Position numbers and translations under genes: made by a program. From the NCBI RefSeq assembly GCF_037042905.1, contig NC_087245.1, positions 6,016,001 through 6,080,000 on the forward strand: a stretch of 64,000 nucleotides of DNA, read 5' to 3'. Positions 37,623-49,066 of this stretch are shown in pieces. The notes below the pieces were generated by a model, which had not been told where the DNA came from, did not search any database, and saw nothing but the letters and a program-made list of their open reading frames with translations. Within the stretch, counting starts at the first letter, position 1. Each line of letters opens with the position of its first letter. The DNA is from Lytechinus pictus (taxonomy: Eukaryota).

Positions 37623-38623
37623 AGCCGAACCGACTTTCTTTCCTGACGAGCTGGTTCGTTTCGGCTGCAATATACAACCAGTTGATGTAAAGTCCGTCTT
37701 TCTTCACTTCTGACTCTTTACTCCTTCACAATATCTTATATCATATCTCGTGGAACCGCACAACCATGTTGAAGACCGAATACCCAGCATTCAGTATTTC
37801 CGTAATTTCAGTATCTTGGTAAGAACTTTCAAGCATCCTCACTCATCTCGGAATCTCGGTAAGATCAGTAATTCCCGTCTATTCTCTCGACTCAGTACTT
37901 TCCGTATCTTCTCTCGAGTCAGTATTTTCAGTATCTCAGGAAAGTCGGTATTTTCCGTACTTCAGTAAAGTCAGTATTTTCCGTACTTCGGTAAAGTCAG
38001 TATTTTCCGTACTTCTCACTTTTTCCAGTAAGTACTTCCAACACTTTCGTGCTTCTGCTTTTCAGACCATGCATTCTGTAGCTCCGTACTCAATATAATG
38101 ACAGGCATGAAAACGAAGTATTTCTTTCTTCAAACTTTACTAGAATACATGCTTACCCTGGCGCAGCAGGATCAAACAGGACTTGAGCAGAGTTTCAGGC
38201 AGAAATTACTACTTGTAGGCCTAATAGCCTGGTTTGTGATCGAGCATAAAGAAGACCTATATTGATCTAGCTCATCGATTGAGGAGGGAGCTTGTCAGGC
38301 CATACAATTTTATCACTATTTAAAAATAGTTAAAGTCATAGAATAAATCTTTTCAGTAAGACAATGGTGATTGTCACTTATTTTGTGTATCCAAACAGTG
38401 TGAAATTATTAAACATAAAGAGCTAAAACAATCATACAGTTGTAAACTTCGATACTTCTCAGCAAAAAGGCATAATTACATTTTTACAGAAAATCACCAC
38501 ATAATCGATTACAAGCGATTACTGAATTTCGCTATACAACTATAAATATGGGTTAAAAATTATTCTAGTCTTTGTCGTTCCAAAACAACACTGATAATTA
38601 AATAAACCTTTCATTTCGTTACA
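37620..38623 (-). repeat. 3' LTR
   Basis: TGTAGCC...CGTTACA; 3 substitutions versus 45759-46762 by manual comparison; three ~26-bp tandem units at 37941-38015. Confidence 0.97.
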
Positions 38624-38638
38624 CAACTCCCTCCTTCG
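38624..38638 (-). other. Polypurine tract
   Basis: GAAGGAGGGAG on minus, 3 nt from the 3' LTR. Confidence 0.8.
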
Positions 38639-39021
38639 AAAAGCTCGGTCCCCGAGCTGTCCAATTTCCTAGCAAAGAAACACTTGCAAATTCAGTTTCT
38701 TTACATTTTGTAACAATTCCATAAGAAATTATCATGTTTAATATGAGCAAGATAACCACTCCGCATTTTCTAATTTCAAACTTCCTATGGATATAACATT
38801 CGAGATGATTTTTTTTTCCTTCCATCTGAGTTTGTAAACAATATTTCTAAAGATGAACTAAACTACATACAACTTCTATGTACACAAACGTTAACATCAT
38901 CATACATTAAAAGGCTACAACAAACGATGCAGAATTTTCTTCTCAAGAGTCCTTTTCCGTTTTGTTTAATTCTGCATTTTATGCAAGAGTCTTTTGAGAG
39001 TCATTTTCAGTTTATATAGAA

Positions 39022-39768
39022 TTATGGTTCATCCGGCACTCTTTTGATTTCTTCTGTGAAAATTTCAACGAGCTCTCCTTGTTTGGTGATATATCTTTCA
39101 GTTTTACGTGTAAGGATCACATCTCTGGGTATTTTGATGGATGATGTGGTATACTCCAAAACCGATCCCCCATCATGTCCAGCTTCCCTCAGCTTAGCTG
39201 TCAGATTCCTGACGCGCTTCCGGAGTTCTCCGTCTTCCTCTGTCTGGCAACTGGCGTCGCAGCACCTTGAAGGAGTCTTCTCTGCAGATCTAAATCTTTG
39301 GTGAGATTTCCCTCGGTCGTTCCGATGAGAAGATTGAGGTGTATTAGATGCGGGTGACCGAGAGCGGCTTCTGCTTCTTCGTCGAATGACACTTCTTACA
39401 GACCTTTCCGGACTTCTTGATGACCTAGGTGCTGAGTGGGAATATATTCCGCTATCCCTAGGAGATCTCGGGCTCCGGTGTCGGAATGGTGACCTGTCTA
39501 AACGGGACCTAGATTCCGGAGTGTGAACTGGAGTTTTTCCATACTTTCTGGTTGGGACTGGCTCTGCATGGGTCGCTTCATGTTTTTCCAAGTCGCCCTT
39601 CCTTCCACATCTGTAATCGCATTTGGTGCATCTGAACCTTTTCACATGACATTCCCGGTGATGGCGATTAAGCTGTGCCAGTTTCTCAAACGTTTTGCTG
39701 CATTCCCCACAGGAAAATTCATTGTGTGATACTTTGCTGGAAATGCTGATCTCGTCGTCACTCACCAT
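39022..39768 (-). CDS. Gypsy ORF3: two C2H2 zinc fingers + RS-rich region + short coiled coil, 248 aa
   Basis: Open from ATG 39768; FSCGECSKTF..L..H....H and FRCTKC...L..H...H; RSPRSP, RRRSRSRSRSP; lies between the pol stop and the PPT. Confidence 0.85.
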   Translation of the reverse strand: MVSDDEISISSKVSHNEFSCGECSKTFEKLAQLNRHHRECHVKRFRCTKCDYRCGRKGDLEKHEATHAEPVPTRKYGKTPVHTPESRSRLDRSPFRHRSPRSPRDSGIYSHSAPRSSRSPERSVRSVIRRRSRSRSRSPASNTPQSSHRNDRGKSHQRFRSAEKTPSRCCDASCQTEEDGELRKRVRNLTAKLREAGHDGGSVLEYTTSSIKIPRDVILTRKTERYITKQGELVEIFTEEIKRVPDEP

Positions 39769-39968
39769 CTTCTGCAATAAAAATTGGAGAAGAGCATAAA
39801 ATTGGTCATAATTCTGGGCCCGAAATTCGATTTAATTTGTAGCGTGAAACAAAACAGCTGAATTTCATATTCTTCATCTTATTTTACATCTAAACGACAG
39901 AGTGCATGGTCAAAGCAGAAATACGTTTGTTGTTGGTGAATAATCAATCAACTGTGGTCGTTGTAAGT

Positions 39969-42900
39969 TTAGTTGTTATTGGTTGTTCTGAATTGCCATA
40001 CTGGAAGCTCAACACCTTGGTATTTCTTCATGCGATCTGCATGGACCACAAGTGGTAGAGATCTAGGAGATTGTTGAAGACGAAATGTGACAGCAGAGAG
40101 CTTCGAAACGATAAGAAACGGTCCGAGCCATCGGGGTTCCAATTTTGGAGATACTCCTTTTTTTCTAGTTTTCTTTCTGAGCCACACATATTGCCCCACG
40201 TTGAAGTCGGCCTCGGATGCCCTTCTGTTGTATAGAGTGCGTTGTCGGCTTCCAGCATCCTTTAGGTTTCTTCTTGCTCTTTCATGTACTGTCCGTAGTG
40301 TATCTCTGAGATTGAAGGCGTAGTCAGTATTAACTTCTTCATCTAGTGGGGTGGGCGGCATTACCAGATCTATTGGTAAGGTGACTTCTCTTCCTAGCAT
40401 AAGCATGTTCGGAGTTTCTCCAGTGGACTCTTGAGGACTGCTCCGGTATGCTGCTGTGGCAAAGGGGATATATTTATCCCAGTCACGTTGATGCGACTCT
40501 GAATCCATCATAGAGGCAACCGTGTTGAGAAGAGTCCGATTAAATCTTTCAATTAGGCCATCGGACTTCGGGTTATAGGGCGTTGTCCGAGTCTTCTTTA
40601 CACCCATCAGGCGGCATACCTCTTTGAATACATCCGACTCGAAGTTTCGGCCCTGGTCAGAATGGATGACTGAGGGGACTCCGAATCTACAGAGGACTTC
40701 CTTCACTAGCTTTTCTGCCACGGTGTCGGCTCGTTCATCAGGTATAGCAAATGCTTCCATCCATTTAGTGAAATAATCCCCAACAACTAAGACATATTTA
40801 TTGCCATTTGTAGATTCGGGTAACGGACCAAGGATGTCTAGGGCTATACGGTCCATTGGAGATCCACTTATTTGTTGTTGCAAGGGTGCTCTGGTATGTA
40901 CTCCGCTAGCTTTTCTTTTTGCACAGATGTCGCACTGGCGTATTCCAGATCGGAAATCTTCTGTCATCCCGACCCAGAAATACTTCAATCGTGCTTTCTC
41001 GAGGCACTTCTTGATGCCGAAATGGCCTGCGGTAGTAGCTGAATGCATTTCTTTCACCATCTCTTGTACCATGACTCGGGGCACCACAAGTTGCCACCTG
41101 GTTATTTCCCCATCACTTGACTCCCACCTGCGGTAGAGCACTTCATTCTTGATGTGTAGTGAATCCCAGTATTCTAAGAGACGCTTAGCTTCTCTTGGCC
41201 AGGCAGATGTTTGGGCATCGCTTGGTTTCTGCCCATCCAGTTTGGCCTGTACTACCGGCTTGATCCCGACATCACTTCTCTGTTGGTCTTTGAGTTCTTT
41301 TTGTTCTTCCTCAGTATCAACTGATAATATCCGTACTTGTTCTGGATCTGAGTCTGCTTTGCTATCTTCACGCCCGCACTGCTTACATGGTCGTCGGGAC
41401 AAACTGTCTGCATTACTATGGTTCCTTCCAGGTCGGTGAATGATGTCCATGTCGTACTCTGAAATAACCTCAAGCCAGCGGGCAAGTTGTCCGGCGGGTT
41501 CTTTGAAACTTGTCAACCACCTGAGAGATCTGTGATCGGTTCTCACAGTGATATGACGTCCATATAAGTACTGGCGAAAATGTTTCAAGAAGATGACGAT
41601 GGCAAGTAATTCCTTCCTAGTGACACAATAGTTTCTTTCAGTTTTCTTGAGTGTCTTGCTTGCGTACGCAATTACTTTCTCTTGCCCATCCTGGATCTGA
41701 GACAAGACTGCACCTACTGCAAAATCACTAGCATCAGTGTCCAGAATCATCTGTCCATCGGGCTCAGGGTATGCTAATATGGGCTAAGTGGTGAGTCTCT
41801 CCTTAAGCTGATCGAAAGCTGACTGGCATTCTTCTGTCCAATCAAAGTGTCTGTTCTTTTCCATAAGCTGATGCAAAGGTCTGGCGATCTCTGCAAATCC
41901 CTTGACATAACGTCGGTAATAGGATGCTAAACCCATGAAGCTCCTGAGCTCTGATACAGAAGTTGGGTAATCCCAGTCACGTACAGAGCTTATCTTCTCT
42001 GGATCTGTGCTCACACCTTCAGCCGAGACGACGTGTCCGAGATATCGTACACTTCTACAGAACAGATGACACTTTGATGGTTTCAGTTTAAGGCCTGCTT
42101 CTTTCAGCCGTTGGAATACCATTCTCAGCCTTGTCAGTTCTTCTTCTATTGTTCTGCCATACACGATGACATCGTCCAGATACACAAGCAAGATCTCCCA
42201 CTTTAAACCGGCTACCACTCGGTCCATCAGCCTTTCAAACGTGGCCGGCGCATTACATAGCCCGAAAGGCATAGCGCGCCAGGTATATAACCTTCCATTC
42301 GCGAAGAATGCAGATTTCTGTCTTGCCTGTTCGTCCAATTCCACTTGCCAATATCCACTGGCTAAGTCTAATGTGGAGAACCACTTCGCCCCGCCTAACG
42401 CATCTAAGGTGTCACTTATTCTTGGTAGCGGGTAAGCGTCTTTAATGGTGCTAGCATTTAGTTGGCGGTAGTCAACACAAAACCGCTTGCTTCCATCCTT
42501 CTTGGATACCAACACTACATTTGATGCCCATGGGCTAGAAGTAGGTTCTATCAAACCATGTTGCAGCAAATCCTGAACTTGCCGTTCAATCTCTTCCCTC
42601 TGTTGGGCTGGATATCTTCTATGTGCTTGTCGAAACGGTGGTGTATCTCCGGTGTTGATGCTATGCTGCACATAGTCAGTTCTCCCAATATCAAACGAAC
42701 CCTTCGAAAAGATATCACTGAAGTCCCCTAGTAACTGTGATATGGATTCCTGATATTCTACTGGGACATTCTGCATGGTTCTAGCGAATAGATCAGTCAG
42801 GTGTTCTGGTATGCCAGTCGTAGGTTGTTTACCACATGAGTCCAGGCCCGTGGTTTCCTCTTTCTTCAGAGATGTCATACTAGCTACACAAGTTCCTTTC

Positions 42901-43437
42901 TTGATGACTCTATGTTGTTGGGTTGTGTTGAGAATCCGTACAGGGAGGATCTTTTCCTCGGCGCTTACAACAGCTCGTGCAACCATCAAACCTTTACCGA
43001 GTAATTCCGTACCATCTCGCGGTCCTTCCAGTAAAGCCGAACCACTAAGGAACTGAGTGTTCCTAGCTTCGCCTGGTAGAATGACTTCACAGCCGGCCGG
43101 AATAGTACTTGTTTGCTGTGCAACAATTCTACAGCAAAATGAATTCCCTTCGTGATCTTGGCATGCTATGGTTCCCTTCGGAGTTCTCAACTCCAACATT
43201 CTGAGATCTAGTACCACATTCATCTGGATGAGTAAGTCCAGTCCAATGATTCCTTGATTCTTCAGCGCAGCTACTATGACTTCGGAGGCCGCCGCCATAC
43301 CTCCAATTTCTAAGACGATCGATGCTCTCCCCATTGTTTCTAGCGGTGAACCGTCTGCCTGGTAAACCATGTCTGTAATTCTACGAAGAGGAGGTCTCCT
43401 TGACTCAATGATGTTGCCGTATACCTCGTTTGATACT
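39969..43437 (-). pseudogene. pol: Gypsy pol (rest of protease, RT, RNase H, integrase) with one premature stop
   Basis: RFCVDYRQLN, LDLASGYWQ, MPFGL, YLDD; DTDAS, TDH; HHCC, LDILGP, SDQG, ERFNRT, GPF. In-frame TAG at 41784-41786. Confidence 0.95.
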
Positions 43438-44270
43438 CATATCGAAAACTTGCATACAGTGTACCGGACATGTAAAAACATAGCAGACGACGTTTGCAGA
43501 CCTCGCGATCATCGTATGACTAGTGGTGTAGAATGTTCCATTGTGGCTTTATGGGGGAGATAGCATTACAGAGGGATAAAATGTATACACAAATAATGTT
43601 TCAGCGTTGATTCGCAATATTTTGTGTCAATTTCATAAATTATCGTTGTTTGAACGTTTAAAACATCATTATGAAGTGAAAGGATTAAGCAAAACTTTAT
43701 TTTCAGACTCACCTATACAGTGGTAAGCTAGGATGCACCCCTCGTATACATAATGGACCCGTCACGAGTGTAGGTTTGCTCTTCGGATATCACTATCACA
43801 AAGAAAATCTCCTCTGATTTGATGATAAAAGTGCACTATTTCCTTATTAACCAATCTCCATGGTTCTTTCATGAGTATTTGCCTTACAATCTGCCCTTTA
43901 TTATAATCTGGGCGGAAATTCTTGATACCATCATCCGCCGATGTGACGACGGATATAATCCTACCGGGTACTATAAAAATGCCCCCCAAACCCATTATCC
44001 CAATACATATTCCTGACTATGGATGGTTTTGAGTGGTTTTAATGTAATAAAGTGCCATATTTCCCACCAGTTGAATTACAAAAAAATTATAATCATCTGA
44101 TAGAAGAAGTTGTTAACATTCATTTCAGGGGGGCGGAAATTCTATATGAATCAACGCTTGTCCTTGATACACATTTGTTTGTGAAAAAAGGGTATGATGC
44201 AAGGAAATTCTGCGTGTTATAAGTGTGCGCGCGTGCAGCGAGGACCTTCTGTCCGCTAGTTTTCCATATG
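43438..44270. mobile_element. ~833-bp TIR insertion interrupting the Gypsy protease
   Basis: TIR CATATCGAAAACTTGC / GCTAGTTTTCCATATG (14/16); splits DTGSSHT from VSNEVYG. Confidence 0.85.
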
Positions 44271-45717
44271 GAGTATGTGAAGAACCAGTATCTATCAGAA
44301 ATTTTACTGACTGCCCGTTAAGCTTCGCATTAACGAACAAACCCTGTCTCTTGGCATCCTCTGATGTTCCAACTCTAGCCTGGCCGGGTTCAGGATTGTT
44401 CTCTCCTAAATTTCCGTCATCCGGCTCTTGCTCTTTATTACTGACTTCTTCATGGATATCATCCGTGTTGGATTCAGATGTGATCATGGAGACATGAGCA
44501 TTTGACTTTGGACAATTCTTGATGAGATGTCCCGTTTGGTTACAGTTGTGACATCGTCTCTCAGTAGTCTGATCACTTGTTTTCTCCTTCCTAGGATGTG
44601 GACACTTGTTAGCAAAATGGCCAGATTCTCCACAATTGTAGCAATTGTTGTTTTCCCGGTTGGTCTGCTGTCCAGCTCCATGAGATGCTGTATTCTGTCT
44701 TGGCCTTTCAGTAGTTTTGGATTCCATTTCCAGAATGAGATCTTTAAGGAACTTTTTCATTCTCACTTCCCATGAGGCTTCTTCAGTAGGGGAAGGGTTT
44801 CCGGCATTATCCCCTGAAACAGCTCGGCTGTACCTGGTTTGTCGGTAGTCCCTCCTGTCTCCTTCCATCCTTAGGAACGCCTCCGTATTCAGGGCAGCTT
44901 CTATTGCCTCGTCCAATGATCTTGGTTGCGAGCGAAACAGTCCTTCCCGAATCTTACTATCCATAATTGCATCTAGGAAATGCCCCCTCGCCAACCGGTC
45001 TTGTCCGTCTTCATCGAATTCGGGATAGGCGAGAGCCGTCATATCTCTAACACTCTGTCCTAATTCCTGGAGGGTCTCTTTAGGCTTTCTCCGTCTCTGT
45101 CGCAACTCGGCGAGATAGACTTCCGCTTTTCCACCTGGACCATATCTTTTTCTCATTCTGTCAACCAGTTCACAGTAACTCAGTCTTCTTCCCGTTTTCT
45201 GGGTTAGCAATTTAACAGCAGAACCTCTTAAGCTGGCTGCCAGATATTTCATCGCTTCGGATTCTCCCCATTCATTCACTACAATGCATGCCTCAAAATG
45301 GTTGATATAGTCTTCAACTGGCGAGCGACCATCGAACCGATCTGGTATCACATTTGGTTTCTTTGATCTTACATCAGGATAATTCGGTTGACTTGACAAA
45401 GGATTTTCTGATTCGGTTCTCAACTGTGCTGTTGGTCTGTGTTGTGTATTTGATAGCCTGGTTCCGTGAAATTCTTGTTCAAGACTAGTGGGTTGCGGTA
45501 CTTGTGCTGTTGCTCCGAAGTTTTCAATTGGTGAAGACTGGAACTGAACTCTTGGCCCTTGCCTACTGCTTGCCTCATCAGTCCCCCATGATGGCGTGAA
45601 CCCCACACTGGTTCGCAACTCCGCCATCATCTGGTCAATCTCCGCCATACTGCTTTCCAACCTCTCCATCACTTCAGCTGGCGATACCGCACGCCCTCTT
45701 TGTCCTCTGACATCCAT
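44271..45717 (-). CDS. gag: Gypsy gag with two CCHC knuckles, running in frame into the protease start
   Basis: ATG 45717 just after the PBS; PDRFDG..F..NEW..L.G.A; CYNCGESGHFANKC, CHNCNQTGHLIKNC; FLIDTGSS. Confidence 0.93.
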
Positions 45718-45738
45718 TTCTGAACTTCTACACCAACT

Positions 45739-45756
45739 ATCCCACTTCTGACACCA
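45739..45756 (-). other. Primer-binding site, tRNA-Leu type
   Basis: TGGTGTCAGAAGTGGGAT, 2 nt from the 5' LTR; complementary to the metazoan tRNA-Leu 3' end as I recall it. Confidence 0.85.
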
Positions 45757-45758
45757 CG

Positions 45759-46762
45759 TGTAGCCGAACCGACTTTCTTTCCTGACGAGCTGGTTCGTTT
45801 CGGCTGCAATATACAACCAGTTGATGTAAAGTCCGTCTTTCTTCACTTCTGACTCTTTACTCCTTCACAATATCTTATATCATATCTCGTGGAACCGCAC
45901 AACCATGTTGAAGACCGAATACCCAGCATTCAGTATTTCCGTAATTTCAGTATCTTGGTAAGAACTTTCAAGCATCCTCACTCATCTCGGAATCTCGGTA
46001 AGATCAGTAATTCCCGTCTATTCTCTCGACTCAGTACTTTCCGTATCTTCTCTCGAGTCAGTATTTTCAGTATCTCAGGAAAGTCGGTATTTTCCGTACT
46101 TCAGTAAAGTCAGTATTTTCCGTACTTCGGTAAAGTCAGTATTTTCCGTACTTCTCACTTTTTCCAGTCAGTACTTCCAACACTTTCGTGCTTCTGCTTT
46201 TCAGACCATGCATTCTGTAGCTCCGTACTCAATATAATGACAGGCATGAAAACGAAGTATTTCTTTCTTCAAACTTTACTAGAATACATGCTTACCCTGG
46301 CGCAGCAGGATCAAACAGGACTTGAGCAGAGTTTCAGGCAGAAATTACTTCTTGTAGGCCTAATAGCCTGGTTTGTGATCGAGCATAAAGAAGACCTATA
46401 TTGATCTAGCTCATCGATTGAGGAGGGAGCTTGTCAGGCCATAAAATTTTATCACTATTTAAAAATAGTTAAAGTCATAGAATAAATCTTTTCAGTAAGA
46501 CAATGGTGATTGTCACTTATTTTGTGTATCCAAACAGTGTGAAATTATTAAACATAAAGAGCTAAAACAATCATACAGTTGTAAACTTCGATACTTCTCA
46601 GCAAAAAGGCATAATTACATTTTTACAGAAAATCACCACATAATCGATTACAAGCGATTACTGAATTTCGCTATACAACTATAAATATGGGTTAAAAATT
46701 ATTCTAGTCTTTGTCGTTCCAAAACAACACTGATAATTAAATAAACCTTTCATTTCGTTACA
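45759..46762 (-). repeat. 5' LTR
   Basis: 1004 bp, adjacent to the PBS. Confidence 0.97.
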
Positions 46763-46949
46763 ATATATATATGGGATCATAGTTTCACCAAACCTCCGAT
46801 CGAAGACCGTATATATTTGATTTATATCCGTCATCGGAATTAAATACATCAGATAGTAATGTAGAATGAATAGCAATCTTGAAGAGACGATTAATTAATA
46901 CTTTTATTAGCTTTCATGTGGCCCCTGCATGGCTATCACATACGCGCTT

Positions 46950-47030
46950 TGTACGTGCGCATGAGTTTGGGTTAAGCCCCGCCCACCCGTAAATAGTATT
47001 TGAAATATTTACGTCTGACGTCACGGCTCG
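46950..47030 (+). promoter_or_regulatory. Putative proximal promoter of the NWD-like gene
   Basis: GC box CCCCGCCC at 46977-46984 and palindromic CRE TGACGTCA at 47016-47023 in a CpG-richer patch ~200 nt before the ATG. Confidence 0.45.
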
Positions 47031-47648
47031 GGGTACTATTCACTGTTGTGATGTCAGAAGTCGGGATTCATGGCATTTTTGCCAATTTCGTGACATTGGT
47101 TGGAACTATCTTTGGTCACATGACGGGGTTTAGACCAATCATCTGTCTAGATTATTATTATGACGGATATGATCATTTATATTTGTAACAGGTTACCATC
47201 AGGTACAGACATGGCGGACGAGCCTACAATGTCAGCTAGATCAGCGTTCTTCCAGTCTCTGGTGAACGGTGAGACTGAAAACCTACCCGATCAAGAATCG
47301 AACACCGTGAGGATCTTCCTGAGTTCTACTTTTACAGGTACTGCAATATAAATCAAAAGACTTGACATATCTATGTCTTATATCATATTTCTTTAAAAAG
47401 AATAACACTTTTAGTGTCTTAACACCTCACCAAATGTTATATTGAGTCAGAGTAATTAAGGTCAGATGTTTTTTGTGTGTAAATCATGGACCTACTAGTA
47501 GGTAAAATTTACAGTGAACCAATTTCCGGGTATTCAAAGTCCAAGTTGTGCAATAACCCCTCTATACCTTCATTGTGCTCCCATGTACAATGACACATTC
47601 CTTTGAATTCCTTTGATAATACAATAACCCACTCCCTTCTCTCTCTCT

Positions 47649-47697
<49 letters not shown>

Positions 47698-48826
47698 TGT
47701 GTGTGTGTGTGTGTGTGGGTGCGTGCGTGTTTGTAAGCATTCCCCTCTTGGTGCTATGATTACTCTCTTTTTTTAATTCCTCCAATTCAATAGGCCTGAT
47801 TGTAGCTTAGTTTTCGGTCTCATTTCTTTTCAGGCTTTTACTATAATTCCGATCATCATTTCCGAATAATTATTCATTTCAAATATTATGTTAAACATGG
47901 ATAAAGTCTGGGTCAAAATTCAAGTAAAGGTCAAGTAAAAGAGATTATTATTTTACTGGTATATCGTCATACACATGTCGCTGAAAGAACTCTAAAGCTT
48001 GAAAGATCACTCGTGATAGACCCAACAGGTACACTATCCCATGCATGTCTTTATTGATAGACCTATAATTAAAAGCTTTTGTGACAACAGGCAAAGAGTA
48101 CTTAGGGGCTCTATATAGACTCACACAACTCATCGATTGCGGAAATAGATATAAAGCTATTTAAAAAAAAACCTGGTTCCATGACATTTGCTCCGGCAAC
48201 AATTGTTCCGATGTGAAATCTCCACGTTAAGCATGTTAAGCCAAACATAAAACCTAACCTCCGAAAAAAAATAAACCCTAATCCTAAATCTTTACTTAAT
48301 TCTGAACTAAAAAGTATATTACACTCCTAACTCTTACCCTATTCCCTTTAAGATATCAAGACCGGAGCAAATGGTATCTCTATAATCAAGAGGAAAATCC
48401 TCTCCCTGAACCACAGCTAAAAATTTACTTGATTTAGAACCGTTACACATTTTCTGTATAGTATTCACTGTAAGTTTTTACATCATCATTATTGCACTAA
48501 AATTACAGGAATGTACCAGAGTAGAGAAAGATGTTTTTAAATGAAGAGATGTTGCAATCAGCATGCAAAACTGGAGAAGATAGTTAGACAAGCAAGAATA
48601 AAGGAGGTGTCACTACTAAATAAAGGTTATTTGGGTCCCCAGAAATTCGACAAGCAATTAAAACAAATGAAAAAGGAGGGTTCACCACAAAATGTAAGTC
48701 AAAAATGGTTTCACTAAAGAAATATAGGTCTTTCTGGTTACATTTCTCCATTTTGCAACGCTTACCAGAATTCCAGAGGGTGCTGCCTATGAAAAATGTC
48801 ACGCAGCTTGCCAGGGCCATGTTCAT

Positions 48827-48885
48827 CGATAGATAGATAAATAGACAGACATATTTGTATATATACAGATGGAAAGATAGATAGT

Positions 48886-48932
<47 letters not shown>

Positions 48933-48933
48933 T

Positions 48934-48988
<55 letters not shown>

Positions 48989-48989
48989 T

Positions 48990-49044
<55 letters not shown>

Positions 49045-49066
49045 ATGGATGGATGGATGGATGGAT
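48827..49066. repeat. (GATA)n microsatellite grading into (GGAT)n
   Basis: Direct reading. Confidence 0.95.

Larger units (their letters stand above)
37620..46762 (-). mobile_element. Gypsy/Ty3 LTR retrotransposon, young, with an extra 3' ORF
   Basis: Two 1004-bp TG..CA LTRs, PBS, PPT, gag-PR-RT-RH-IN order, ATAT on both flanks within a (TA)n tract. Confidence 0.97.

Noticed and set aside
37750..37968. 72-aa ORF duplicated at 45889-46107
   Set aside because: GTG-start frame over LTR tandem repeats; duplicated only because the LTRs are.
41784..41786. Programmed read-through at the pol TAG
   Set aside because: It lies between RT and RNase H, not at the gag-pol junction; context TAG CCC is not a known read-through signal; a TCG>TAG point change is simpler.
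43762..43995. Coding-like ORF inside the TIR insertion
   Set aside because: No ATG start and no recognisable transposase or host motif; cannot be supported without a search.
47052..47069. TGTCAGAAGTCGGGATTC resembling the tRNA-Leu PBS
   Set aside because: Lacks the TGG start, has an inserted base and is ~290 nt from the LTR end.
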